From Microcoleus sp. (GTDB taxonomy: Bacteria; Cyanobacteriota; Cyanobacteriia; Cyanobacteriales; Microcoleaceae): 64,000 bases of DNA. Below, in pieces: positions 55,638 to 64,000 of the stretch. The position numbers were made by a program, and so were the translations under genes. The stretch spans positions 1 to 64,000 of the forward strand of contig JAYFMW010000014.1 in assembly GCA_042408215.1 (NCBI GenBank), in the 5' to 3' direction. The notes below the pieces were generated by a model. It was not told where the DNA came from. It did no database searches and saw nothing but the letters and a program-made list of their open reading frames with translations. The stretch's first letter is position 1. The number at the start of each line of letters is the position of its first letter.

Positions 55638-56927
55638 TCATACAAACGAGTAGTTGTATCCATCGTTTCGTTGAACAGGCTTAATTTGATTCCGAGAAAC
55701 GCTAATCACAGTAGTGTCGTTTACTCGAATATCAAAATTTCCTTTAAACCTTGTGGTTTTAATTCGCTTGCATTTAACCCCCTCATACTTGCCGTCAATT
55801 ACAGAGACAATATCTCCAGTTTTCCAACCTTTGACCTTTTTTTTGGGCTGATAACCCTTGCGAGGAAAACCATATTTATCAGTCTGTACAACTTGGCGAC
55901 TCCCCCAACCCATAGCTTTAATTAGCAAAGGTTGATTGATTGCCAAAGTTAAACCCTGACTCACATCTCCGCAGCAAGCAGCATCTATCCAATGAGCCTT
56001 TGGTAAACCAAGTTTAGTCCGATTGAACTTAGTTAAAGAACCACGTCCTACATATATATGCTCGAGTTTTGTAGCCTTTAAAACTTCGAGCAAAGCAGAT
56101 TTAGTAGCATTGACCGCCGCCGCATCCTTTAATGGTGCTTTAGCTTGACTCATTATTCTTTTAAGAAGATCAGGCTGGCTTTTCAGAAAGTCTTTGATGT
56201 CTTCAGTCCCCTTTTTGATATTGCATTTTTTACAAGCCAAGCACAGGTTAGAAACACGATTGCTACCACCTTTAGCGCGTGGGTTCATATGCTCTACCTG
56301 TAACGGTAAATTTTCAGCACTACAGTAAGCACATTTGCGATTCCACTTTTCAAGCAGGTATTCTCTAACCTCATAACCTTGCAGTTCCCCTTGTTGATAT
56401 TCAATACCATAAACTTCAGGGCTTTGCATTTTTTGAGTATCAAACTTTACCAACTCAAAAGCTATTGATTTAATTGGTGCTAACTTACAAAGGCGATTCA
56501 CCCAGGTAATTGTAGTTAATACTCGATGCTGCAAACTTGGAGGTAGCCAACCTTTCCGACGAATACGATTAAAAAATCGCAGCTGACGATAACGAGTCTT
56601 ACGATTACGGCGGTTGCGTCGGATGGCACGGCGAGTTTCCAGTCGCGATTTGATAGCTTGCCCCCGATGGGTAAGTTCAGCACCCCAAATTACTTGGGTT
56701 AAGAACACCAAAGCTATACCAGTAGTTTTACTACCAGGATCGATGCGAATTTCTATTGGTTGTGGTTGTTCCTCTACTGATTTGTTGAGGATGATTGCAA
56801 ATGGGTACAGTCTGAAAACTTTTGCTTTGCCTGCATTTAATAGCTTTCTAGCTATCACTGGCAGGCACGGGGTTAAAGGTTTCTTCCTGCTATCGAGTAC
56901 GAATACTTGATTGGGATTTTTAGACAT
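55638..56927 (-). CDS. iscB: IscB RNA-guided endonuclease (Cas9 ancestor)
   Basis: PLTP, IDPG (RuvC-I), Arg-rich bridge helix, ELVKFD, CAYC..EH..N..CKKCN (HNH) and HWIDA. Confidence 0.95.
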   Translation of the reverse strand: MSKNPNQVFVLDSRKKPLTPCLPVIARKLLNAGKAKVFRLYPFAIILNKSVEEQPQPIEIRIDPGSKTTGIALVFLTQVIWGAELTHRGQAIKSRLETRRAIRRNRRNRKTRYRQLRFFNRIRRKGWLPPSLQHRVLTTITWVNRLCKLAPIKSIAFELVKFDTQKMQSPEVYGIEYQQGELQGYEVREYLLEKWNRKCAYCSAENLPLQVEHMNPRAKGGSNRVSNLCLACKKCNIKKGTEDIKDFLKSQPDLLKRIMSQAKAPLKDAAAVNATKSALLEVLKATKLEHIYVGRGSLTKFNRTKLGLPKAHWIDAACCGDVSQGLTLAINQPLLIKAMGWGSRQVVQTDKYGFPRKGYQPKKKVKGWKTGDIVSVIDGKYEGVKCKRIKTTRFKGNFDIRVNDTTVISVSRNQIKPVQRNDGYNYSFV

Positions 56928-57125
56928 GGTTGCGTCTATTCCTAATTAGTAAAGGTTGCCTTGGCATTGTTATTGGTCGGTATGATCTCAACAGCACTGG
57001 CTTTACAAAATCCTTGCCTGTTTAACTGCCGAGTTATAGAGCTTGGGGCTGGCACGTACTCCAAGGTATGAACTTGAACGCTTGCCAATAACGAAAGCCT
57101 GGACTTACTTAGAATTTTCTGGGTT
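56928..57125 (-). ncRNA. IscB omega-RNA (HEARO-like) scaffold
   Basis: Directly upstream of iscB; CGTTAT..CATACCTTGGAGTACGTGCCAGCCCCAAGCTCTAT..GTTAAACAG..CAGTG..ATAACAATGCCAAGGCAAC. Boundaries approximate. Confidence 0.75.
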
Positions 57126-57138
57126 TATTCAGAAATGT

Positions 57139-57435
57139 CTAGGATTTGAGTAAGTCTTTTTTCTTGAACATTTGTAGCATTCGATCGGTGACTAAGAAAC
57201 CGCCGACAACGTTAATTGTGGCAAGGGCGATCGCGATCGTCCCCAAAATCGAAGTAACAGTCACATTACCTTGGCCTGAAATTAGAATTGCGCCTAAAAC
57301 CGCAATTCCTGAAATCGCATTGGAACCCGACATCAAAGGTGTGTGTAGCGTCGGTGGGACTTTGTTAATTACTTCAAATCCCACAAACGATGCTAGAGTA
57401 AACACCACTAAACCTGCAATCAATCCTTCTGCCAT
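57139..57435 (-). CDS. pntA: NAD(P) transhydrogenase alpha subunit, part 2
   Basis: LHTPLMSGSNAISG and GGFLVTDRML. Confidence 0.95.
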   Translation of the reverse strand: MAEGLIAGLVVFTLASFVGFEVINKVPPTLHTPLMSGSNAISGIAVLGAILISGQGNVTVTSILGTIAIALATINVVGGFLVTDRMLQMFKKKDLLKS

Positions 57436-57441
57436 AATACT

Positions 57442-57615
57442 TGGTAATTGGTAATTGGTTATTTGTCATTAGTCATTAGTTGTTAGTCATTAGTCATTAG
57501 TTGTTAGTCATTAGTTGTTAGTCATTAGTTGTTATTTTCAATGACTCCCGACTCCCGACTACCGACTACTAACTACTAACTAATGACTACTAACTAATGA
57601 CTAATGACTACTGAC
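57442..57615. repeat. STRR tracts (AGTCATT / TAATGAC)
   Basis: Directly visible, with inverted orientation. Confidence 0.8.
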
Positions 57616-58763
57616 TAATGACTGCTGACTGCGGAAGCAGCCAAAGCATCCCGCACTCGCTGGTTACTAATTTCACCATCACGAGCCACACAGGAACCAG
57701 CGATGATATCGTCTTCAAAATTCAGATTTAGCTCCTTATCTTTCAGCATCAACTGAAGCAAAGACGAGACATTCTTCGAGTAAGTTTCACTAGCATGAAC
57801 AGGCATTGAGGATGGTAAATTAATCGGGCCAATCACATTAACACCGTTCCATTCAACATCTTTTCCTGCTTCCGTGCACTCGCAATTGCCGCCTTGCTCG
57901 GCCGCGAGGTCAACAATTACTGCTCCCGGTTTCATTTGAGAAACCATTTCTCTAGTCACTAAAATCGGTGCTTTTCTACCAGGAACTTGAGCCGTTGTAA
58001 TCACCGCATCGGAAGCACCGACGTGCTGGGTGAGCACTTGACGGGTGTGTTCTTTAGCGGCTTCTGATAATTCTTTAGCATAGCCGCCTGCTGCTACAGT
58101 TTCTTCTTTGAGTTCGACATCAATAAATTTAGCACCCAAACTTTGCACTTGTTCTTTTGTTTCTGGGCGGATGTCAAATGCTTCGACTACTGCGCCCAAA
58201 CGACGCGCCGTGGCGATCGCCTGTAAGCCCGCAACGCCCACACCCATTACCAAAACTTTCGCGGGGCGAATCGTACCCGCCGCCGTTGTCAGCATCGGAA
58301 AATACTTCGGTAAAGCCGCTGCTGCGATCAATACCGCTTTGTAACCGGCGACGTTAGCCTGAGATGACAGCGCATCCATGCTTTGAGCGCGGCTGGTGCG
58401 CGGGATCATTTCCATACTGAATGCAGTCACTTGGCGATCGGCTAAACGCTGTACCAAAGCCGGATTTCCCAAAGGATTCAAAAATCCGATGAAAACTGCT
58501 CCTTCCCGCAGTTGATGAACTTCTGACTCTTGCAATTCCCCGATTTTGACGACGACATCAGCTTCGCCCCACAGCGTAGCGGTATCGGCGACAATCTGAG
58601 CTCCGGCTTCTTCGTAAGCCAGATCCGAGAAAAAGGATTTTGCTCCGGCACCGGCCTCAACCCAAACTTGGACGCCTTGTTTTACCAATTTGGCCACAGC
58701 GTCGGGTACTAAAGCCACCCGGCGCTCGCCTGCTGCTATTTCTTTTGCGATCGCTAATTTCAT
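57615..58763 (-). CDS. pntA: NAD(P) transhydrogenase alpha subunit, part 1
   Basis: ERRVALVP, SMDALSSQ and GVGVAGLQA; ATG at 58763. Confidence 0.97.
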   Translation of the reverse strand: MKLAIAKEIAAGERRVALVPDAVAKLVKQGVQVWVEAGAGAKSFFSDLAYEEAGAQIVADTATLWGEADVVVKIGELQESEVHQLREGAVFIGFLNPLGNPALVQRLADRQVTAFSMEMIPRTSRAQSMDALSSQANVAGYKAVLIAAAALPKYFPMLTTAAGTIRPAKVLVMGVGVAGLQAIATARRLGAVVEAFDIRPETKEQVQSLGAKFIDVELKEETVAAGGYAKELSEAAKEHTRQVLTQHVGASDAVITTAQVPGRKAPILVTREMVSQMKPGAVIVDLAAEQGGNCECTEAGKDVEWNGVNVIGPINLPSSMPVHASETYSKNVSSLLQLMLKDKELNLNFEDDIIAGSCVARDGEISNQRVRDALAASAVSSH

Positions 58764-59230
58764 AAACAAACTCGGTAAGTGGGAAACTCAGTGGCTTTAG
58801 CCCGCTCGTGGGAAACGACCCTTCGACTGCGCTCAGGGCGACGCACGAGCGGTTTTAACCGCTTTGAATAACTTGTTTTATTACCGCCTTGGAGTTGTTC
58901 AATTCGGTGTGCTTTTGTGATGCACTTTCAATGGGACAGTTACCATTTCAAATTTCACAACCCTGTACGCATAATAGTTTTGCTCGATTGACAAGCCTCC
59001 CATTTCTGGGGTAATGTTAGCTTCGACCTGTTATAAGAGCTTGTTGGGCTTGCAACACTGTTCCAGTGACCTTAGAACTGTTTAATCACAAGCGACAGAG
59101 CGGGGAACTAGCTACGCATTCGCCCGGTGTCGTGACTCAAATAACGGCTCCTCTTACGAGGGGTCTGGTCAATACGGCTTGCGAGAGATTTCTCTTACAA
59201 GCTCAGTCCCTTTAGGGCTGGGTTACTGAC
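58764..59230 (-). mobile_element. Protein-less IscB-type element carrying a stand-alone omega/HEARO RNA
   Basis: Minus strand GTCAGTAACCCAGCCCTAAAGGGACTGAGCTTG..TTGACCAGACC..CGTTAT..GACACC..GAATGCGTAGCTAGTTCC..TTAAACAG..ATAACAGGTCGAAGCTAACATTACC; parallels 56928-57125. Confidence 0.75.
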
Positions 59231-59547
59231 GAACTCTCCTTTACTCTCGTTGATAGTAAAGCCGATCGCCCAAATTCGAGCCGTATCTTTAACTTGTCTT
59301 ATAGATTCAGATTCGCTAAATTGTTAAATTTGTTACGTCCCATGATATACTAACGTGCTGACTAATTCTGTAGCTTGAATATCAGCCTGGGATATGGCAT
59401 CAAAAAATTCACCTATATTGTTAAGCGATCGCCCTCATCAAATTTCTCAGAGAGTCGGTAATATTGGAGAGCTAATAGCAAATTGTCAGCACTAAATATT
59501 TGCTAAATATTCAAGGTTCGATCGTAATTTTATTTAGAGGAGTTGTT

Positions 59548-60060
59548 ATGCGACGATTATTTTCAGCACTAGCGGTTACAAGTTGCTTGCTGACTGGCTT
59601 ACCCGCCATCAGTTTAGCCCAAGGAATGCCTGGATTCACAATTTTCGGCGGCCCGGAGCGTAGCAATCAGTTAAACTACCGCTTAGATTACGGCAAATCT
59701 GGGATGAGTGGCGACAGATACCGACTGCGAATTCCTTCTAAGAAAGTAACTTTGGCGATCGCCCAACTAAACATTTCCTATCCAGACTACTACAAAGGCG
59801 AATTCGATCAAAAAGACATTAAAGTGCGCGTCAAAGACAAAACAATCGAATTGCAAGAAGTAATCTGGGACAAAGAAAATCGTTTCATAGAAATTTATCC
59901 CAAAGAGCCAATTCCTGCCGGCAACAATGTTGAGGTTGTACTCTCCAACGTCAAAAACCCATCGCCTGGGGGAATGTATCATTTCAACGTCCGCATCCGC
60001 ACCCCCGGAGACGTTCCCTTGCTGCGTTACCTCGGCACTTGGCTATTGAGCATTGATTAG
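59548..60060 (+). CDS. DUF2808-like secreted protein
   Basis: GAGGAG SD, signal peptide, VVLSNVKNP..GG.Y.F..YLGTW. Confidence 0.8.
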   Translation: MRRLFSALAVTSCLLTGLPAISLAQGMPGFTIFGGPERSNQLNYRLDYGKSGMSGDRYRLRIPSKKVTLAIAQLNISYPDYYKGEFDQKDIKVRVKDKTIELQEVIWDKENRFIEIYPKEPIPAGNNVEVVLSNVKNPSPGGMYHFNVRIRTPGDVPLLRYLGTWLLSID

Positions 60061-60452
60061 AAGCAAAGGAATCAGGTGGCGGGCAGAAATATCTCGTTTC
60101 CTGGTTTTCGGGAACCATAAAATAGAACCTCTGGCTGATACAGCAATCCTCAGCGATCGGTAAAATAAGTGTACGGGCAATCCCCGTACCATAGGTGTCA
60201 ACTTAAGATTGAAACCCATAATAAATGTCGCTTAAAGTCGAGTCTAGATCCCCCTCCCATCCCCCTTAAGAAGGGAGTAGGGTGTGAGCAGGGGTTGACG
60301 AAAGATCGTACTCTTGTCCCACCCCCTACCCCCCTTAATAAGGGGGGTTAGGGGGGATCGAGACTTCGAGAAAACTCTTGTCTCCGCTCTGATTAAGGGG
60401 GATGCGAGGGGGTTCTGGACTTGGTGAACCCTAGGAGATTTGTATTTCTTGA

Positions 60453-60614
60453 TTAGGCCCGATCGCACATAGCTTCAAACACACCCCCTGGAATAAACCG
60501 ACACAACGCCCTCCGCCGATCGTCCGCATCTTGGCGGTTGACAAAACGGGCGATCGTATAATGCTGAGCATTCGGTAAAATTCGGACGATCGCCCAAGAA
60601 TTGCGTAGGCGCAA
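60453..60614 (-). CDS. Small conserved cyanobacterial protein (start uncertain, possibly a remnant)
   Basis: WAIVRILPNAQHYTIARFVNRQDADDRRRALCRFIPGGVF resembles a small cyanobacterial family; below the ORF-track cutoff. Confidence 0.45.
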   Translation of the reverse strand: MRLRNSWAIVRILPNAQHYTIARFVNRQDADDRRRALCRFIPGGVFEAMCDRA

Positions 60615-60845
60615 GCCGGGGCGTAGCCATCGCCCTCCTTTGAGATTTCAGGTATTTTCGATCGCGGATTTGAGTTGAGTTCGATCGCGGGGCGATCGTC
60701 GGAGAATTCGCCTTTCTGAGAGTGTTGAGATAGCGGGCGATCGCACTTCCTTTCAGATTCGCCCCGACGCGCAGAATCAGAAACACCGCCAAGCTTTCGA
60801 GCTCTGGCTGAGTCATGCACGCGCGATCGGCCTCAAAGTCCTCAT

Positions 60846-62125
60846 CAGAGAATTGGGTAGAAACCCCGTCCTTTAGGACGGCTTTACATTTAATATGTTA
60901 GTATGTGAAGTATGGAAAAAGCTCACCGTTACCGATTTTACCCAACGCCTGAACAAGAGTCGCTATTGCGACGCACATTGGGCTGCGTAAGATTGGTTTA
61001 CAACAAGGCTCTCCACGAGAGAACCCAGGCTTGGTACGAGAGACAAGAAAGAGTTGGATACAACCAGACTTCTTCTATGCTGACTCAATGGAAAAAAGAG
61101 GAAGATCTTGATTTTCTGAATGAGGTTAGCTGCGTACCATTGCAACAAGGGCTTAGACATCTTCAAACTGCTTTCACTAATTTTTTCGCAGTCAGGACTA
61201 AATATCCCAACTTCAAGAAGAAACATCATGGTGGCAGTGCTGAGTTTACTAAATCGGCTTTTAAGTTCAAAAATAAAGAAATTTATCTTGCCAAAAACTC
61301 TGAGCCATTACCGATTAAATGGTCTAGACAAATTCCCAAAGGATGTGAACCGAGCAGTGTAACGGTTAGTCTCCATCCCTCTGGACGCTGGCAGATCTCG
61401 ATTAGGTTTGATGCTCCAACGATTCAACCTTTGCCCATTAGCGACAATTCTGTAGGAATAGATTTGGGAATAACGAGTTTGATTGCGACCAGTAATGGTG
61501 ACAAGATCGCTAATCCCAAGCATTTAAAAAAGCATCTAAAGCGTTTGAAGAAAGCGCAAAAGAATCTTTATCGTAAACAGAAAGGTTCCAAAAACAGAGA
61601 AAAGGCGAGAATTAAGGTTGCTAAAATTCACCTGAAAATCTCCGACGATCGCAAAAATTTATTGCATAAGTTGACAACTCAATTGGTCCGCGAAAATCAA
61701 ACAATTGCTGTTGAGTCGTTGGCGGTTAAGAATATGGTCAAAAACCCTAAACTCGCCTTGGCTATTTCTGATAGCGGATGGAGTGAATTGATTCGACAAC
61801 TGGATTACAAATGTCGTTGGTACGGAAGGAAATTGGTCGCAATTGACCGATGGTTTCCTAGTTCCAAGCGTTGTAGCCACTGTGGGCAGATTGTCGATAA
61901 AATGCCTCTTAATATTCGTGATTGGACTTGTCCGAGTTGTGGTTGTAACCACGCTCGGGATGTCAACGCAAGTAAAAACATTTTGGCCGCTGGACTAGCG
62001 GTGTCAGTCTGGGGAGCGAGTGTAAGACCAGAGCAGAGTAAATCTGTTAAGGCTTCTGCTATGAAACAGAAACTTAAATCGTGAGGTTTAGGAATCCTAG
62101 CCCTTTAGGGCGGGGAGGATGTCAA
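60846..62125 (+). mobile_element. IS605-family element with tnpB, no tnpA
   Basis: CTCAT|CAGAGAATTGGGTAGAAACCCCGTCCTTTAGGACGGCTTT left end; GGAATCCTAGCCCTTTAGGGCGGGGAGGATGTCAA right end. Confidence 0.88.
60912..62084 (+). CDS. tnpB: TnpB RNA-guided nuclease (intact)
   Basis: YRFYPTPEQ HTH, GIDLG, AVESL, CSHC/CPSC zinc finger and RDVNA. Confidence 0.95.
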   Translation: MEKAHRYRFYPTPEQESLLRRTLGCVRLVYNKALHERTQAWYERQERVGYNQTSSMLTQWKKEEDLDFLNEVSCVPLQQGLRHLQTAFTNFFAVRTKYPNFKKKHHGGSAEFTKSAFKFKNKEIYLAKNSEPLPIKWSRQIPKGCEPSSVTVSLHPSGRWQISIRFDAPTIQPLPISDNSVGIDLGITSLIATSNGDKIANPKHLKKHLKRLKKAQKNLYRKQKGSKNREKARIKVAKIHLKISDDRKNLLHKLTTQLVRENQTIAVESLAVKNMVKNPKLALAISDSGWSELIRQLDYKCRWYGRKLVAIDRWFPSSKRCSHCGQIVDKMPLNIRDWTCPSCGCNHARDVNASKNILAAGLAVSVWGASVRPEQSKSVKASAMKQKLKS

Positions 62126-62325
62126 TTTGGAACAAGCTGTCAGAGAACGCCAAAAACAAATGCAAAAACAGTCCCCACCATCCGATGAGAAACAAGATCA
62201 AAATTGAGTGGAGTTGAGGCGATCGATCTTTTACTCCTTTCCCGGTAGAAGATTATCTACTTCTTCCTGATTCTTCCTGAGTCTTCCTTCGTGTCATAAG
62301 CGTCTTCGCGGTTCAATAATACTAA

Positions 62326-63084
62326 ATGAAATTTATCGGCATAGACTTAGGTTGGAGTTCAGGAGCAAGCGGCTTGTGCTGCTTAAACTGGGAAAACAAT
62401 CAATTACAATTCCTAGAGTGCGATCGCCAACAATCCCTTAACGACATTCTCACCTGGATCGACACCCAAATCTCCCCAAGCGAAGCAGCAATAATCGCAG
62501 TAGACGCCCCCACAATCATCGCCAACCCTACGGGAATGCGCGACGCCGACAAACTCACCCACAAACACTTCGGGCGCTACCACGCAGGCTGCTATCCCGC
62601 CAACCTATCACGCCCCTTCGCCCAAAAAACCGTAGAATTTGGTCTCAGTTTAGAAAGCCGAGGATTTGTCCACGCACCAACTATTGAAGCTCAAAAATTA
62701 GGCAGATATCAAATAGAAGTATTTCCCCATCCAGCCACAATAAACTTATTTAAATTAGACAGAATACTTAAATATAAAAAAGGAAAACTGGCAGAACGTC
62801 AACTAGAATTGATGAAACTCTGCCAGTATATTAGAGATATTTTACCGACTCTTGAACCCTCTCTAAATCTGTCTTGTGGCACAGGCATCTTGCCTGTGAG
62901 CTGTGGCGGTTCAAAACTCCCCGAAATCCCCACCAGTGTTGCAACTCTCAAAGCCTTAGAAGACCAGCTAGATGCCTTGCTGTGCGCTTATATAGGCGCT
63001 CACTGGTGGTACTGGGGAATCGAGCGGAATTTGGTATTGGGCGATCGCACCACCGGCTACATCGTCATTCCCCAACTTCGATAA
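62326..63084 (+). CDS. DUF429 predicted nuclease (RNase H fold)
   Basis: FIGIDLGW, AVDAP, IEVFPHP and EDQLDALLCA. Confidence 0.85.
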   Translation: MKFIGIDLGWSSGASGLCCLNWENNQLQFLECDRQQSLNDILTWIDTQISPSEAAIIAVDAPTIIANPTGMRDADKLTHKHFGRYHAGCYPANLSRPFAQKTVEFGLSLESRGFVHAPTIEAQKLGRYQIEVFPHPATINLFKLDRILKYKKGKLAERQLELMKLCQYIRDILPTLEPSLNLSCGTGILPVSCGGSKLPEIPTSVATLKALEDQLDALLCAYIGAHWWYWGIERNLVLGDRTTGYIVIPQLR

Positions 63085-63184
63085 GGAGAGAAGGAGAGAA
63101 GGAGAATGGGAGAATTAGAAAAATCTCCCTTGATTGTTATTTCTCCTGACTGCTGACTAATGACTGCTGACTAATGACTACCTT

Positions 63185-64000
63185 CTAATGTGCCCAGAGA
63201 ATCACGCCAGCTTCATAGGGACTGCTGAGATTGTCGTGCTTCGGCAAAACCCGGAGCGACAAACCTTGCAAGCCGCTAGAAGTATAGGTAATGTCAGCGG
63301 TATAAAGACTAGCATTGTGAGCATCTTCTCCCAAATACTCCATTACCACCGGCACGCCACCGATAATATCGCCGTTAACATCGATCGAACCTTGATAAAG
63401 TTCGACTTGTACGTCAGCCGGCGTCAATCCCATGAGATTAATCCGAGCTTTCACATCGATCGACTGATTGACCTTAACTTCCTTATCCTGGGAAATATCC
63501 ACAGCCTCAATCTTAATATCGTGCCACTTAGCGAGCACCTGCTTCTTCCAGTGAGACAACTCCTTAGCCGGAGCACACTGCTCCGAAGTCATAGTGTGGA
63601 ATCGATCGCTGACTGGGAAATAAGCCCGCCGCGCGTAATCCTTCACCATCCGAGCCGTATTGAACAAAGGACAATTCAAGCGAATAGAATCCTTCATTTT
63701 CGCCGTCCAACCACGGGGAATTCCATCAGAATCCCGGTTGTAAAACAGCGGTACAACTTCCTTCTCCATCAACTCGTACAAAGCATTAGCTTCGACATCA
63801 TCCTGATACTTAGTATCTTCGTAAAACTCCCCATGTCCGATCGGCCAACCGGTGCGAACATAATCCGCCTCATCCCACCAGCCATCAAGAATACTCAGAT
63901 TCGGCAAACCATTCATCGAAGCCTTCATCCCCGAAGTACCCGAAGCCTCCCTAGGGCGGCGCGGCGTATTCAGCCACACATCACAGCCAGAAACCATCAT
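63185..64000 (-). CDS. glgP: Alpha-glucan (glycogen) phosphorylase, C-terminal part
   Basis: DVWLNTPRRPREASGTSGMK and LDGWWDE. Confidence 0.95.
   Translation of the reverse strand: MMVSGCDVWLNTPRRPREASGTSGMKASMNGLPNLSILDGWWDEADYVRTGWPIGHGEFYEDTKYQDDVEANALYELMEKEVVPLFYNRDSDGIPRGWTAKMKDSIRLNCPLFNTARMVKDYARRAYFPVSDRFHTMTSEQCAPAKELSHWKKQVLAKWHDIKIEAVDISQDKEVKVNQSIDVKARINLMGLTPADVQVELYQGSIDVNGDIIGGVPVVMEYLGEDAHNASLYTADITYTSSGLQGLSLRVLPKHDNLSSPYEAGVILWAH

Larger units (their letters stand above)
55607..57154 (-). mobile_element. IscB element inserted in the last codons of pntA2
   Basis: Removing it restores KKKEVKA* overlapping the pntB GTG. Inverted AGACATTTCT cores lie near both ends. Confidence 0.75.

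Noticed and set aside
60538..60562. TTGACA...TATAAT perfect promoter
   Set aside because: The spacer is only 13 nt.
60431..60820. 129-aa and 113-aa minus-strand ORFs
   Set aside because: No protein-like features; the third minus frame and a plus-strand remnant explain the region better.

Overview
64 kb of a filamentous cyanobacterial chromosome. Abundant HIP1 GCGATCGC, heptamer STRR tracts, psbA and psaC point to an Oscillatoriales/Microcoleus-like host (inference). Housekeeping genes: tandem psbA pair, fabF-acpP, HdrB-like, psaC, glmS, panC/cmk, rlpA, purM, putA, pntA1-pntA2-pntB and glgP. Accessory content includes a two-dynamin operon with a divergent HTH gene, toxin-antitoxin genes, a damaged N6-methylase/type ISP-like RM gene, an RTX-S8 protease, GT39 paralogues and an apparently catalytically dead protein-arginine deiminase. 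IS200/IS605-type (OMEGA) elements are dense: one intact and one nonsense-mutated tnpB, one intact iscB with its omega/HEARO RNA, and at least five protein-less mini-elements that keep both ends plus an omega-RNA-like scaffold. Removing several of these elements rebuilds the original host sequence. Most striking: (i) a 330-bp-period triplet of palindromic units, each with convergent sigma70-like promoters and overlapping leaderless micro-ORFs (type I TA-like hypothesis); (ii) an orphan IscB omega-RNA between the SD and ATG of pntA, plus an inverted-repeat-bounded iscB in the same operon; (iii) a 9 x 105-bp hairpin array; (iv) the pseudo-PAD; (v) a dynamin with a TM hairpin inside its GTPase domain. 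Many single-base frameshifts in otherwise intact genes suggest sequencing/assembly error.
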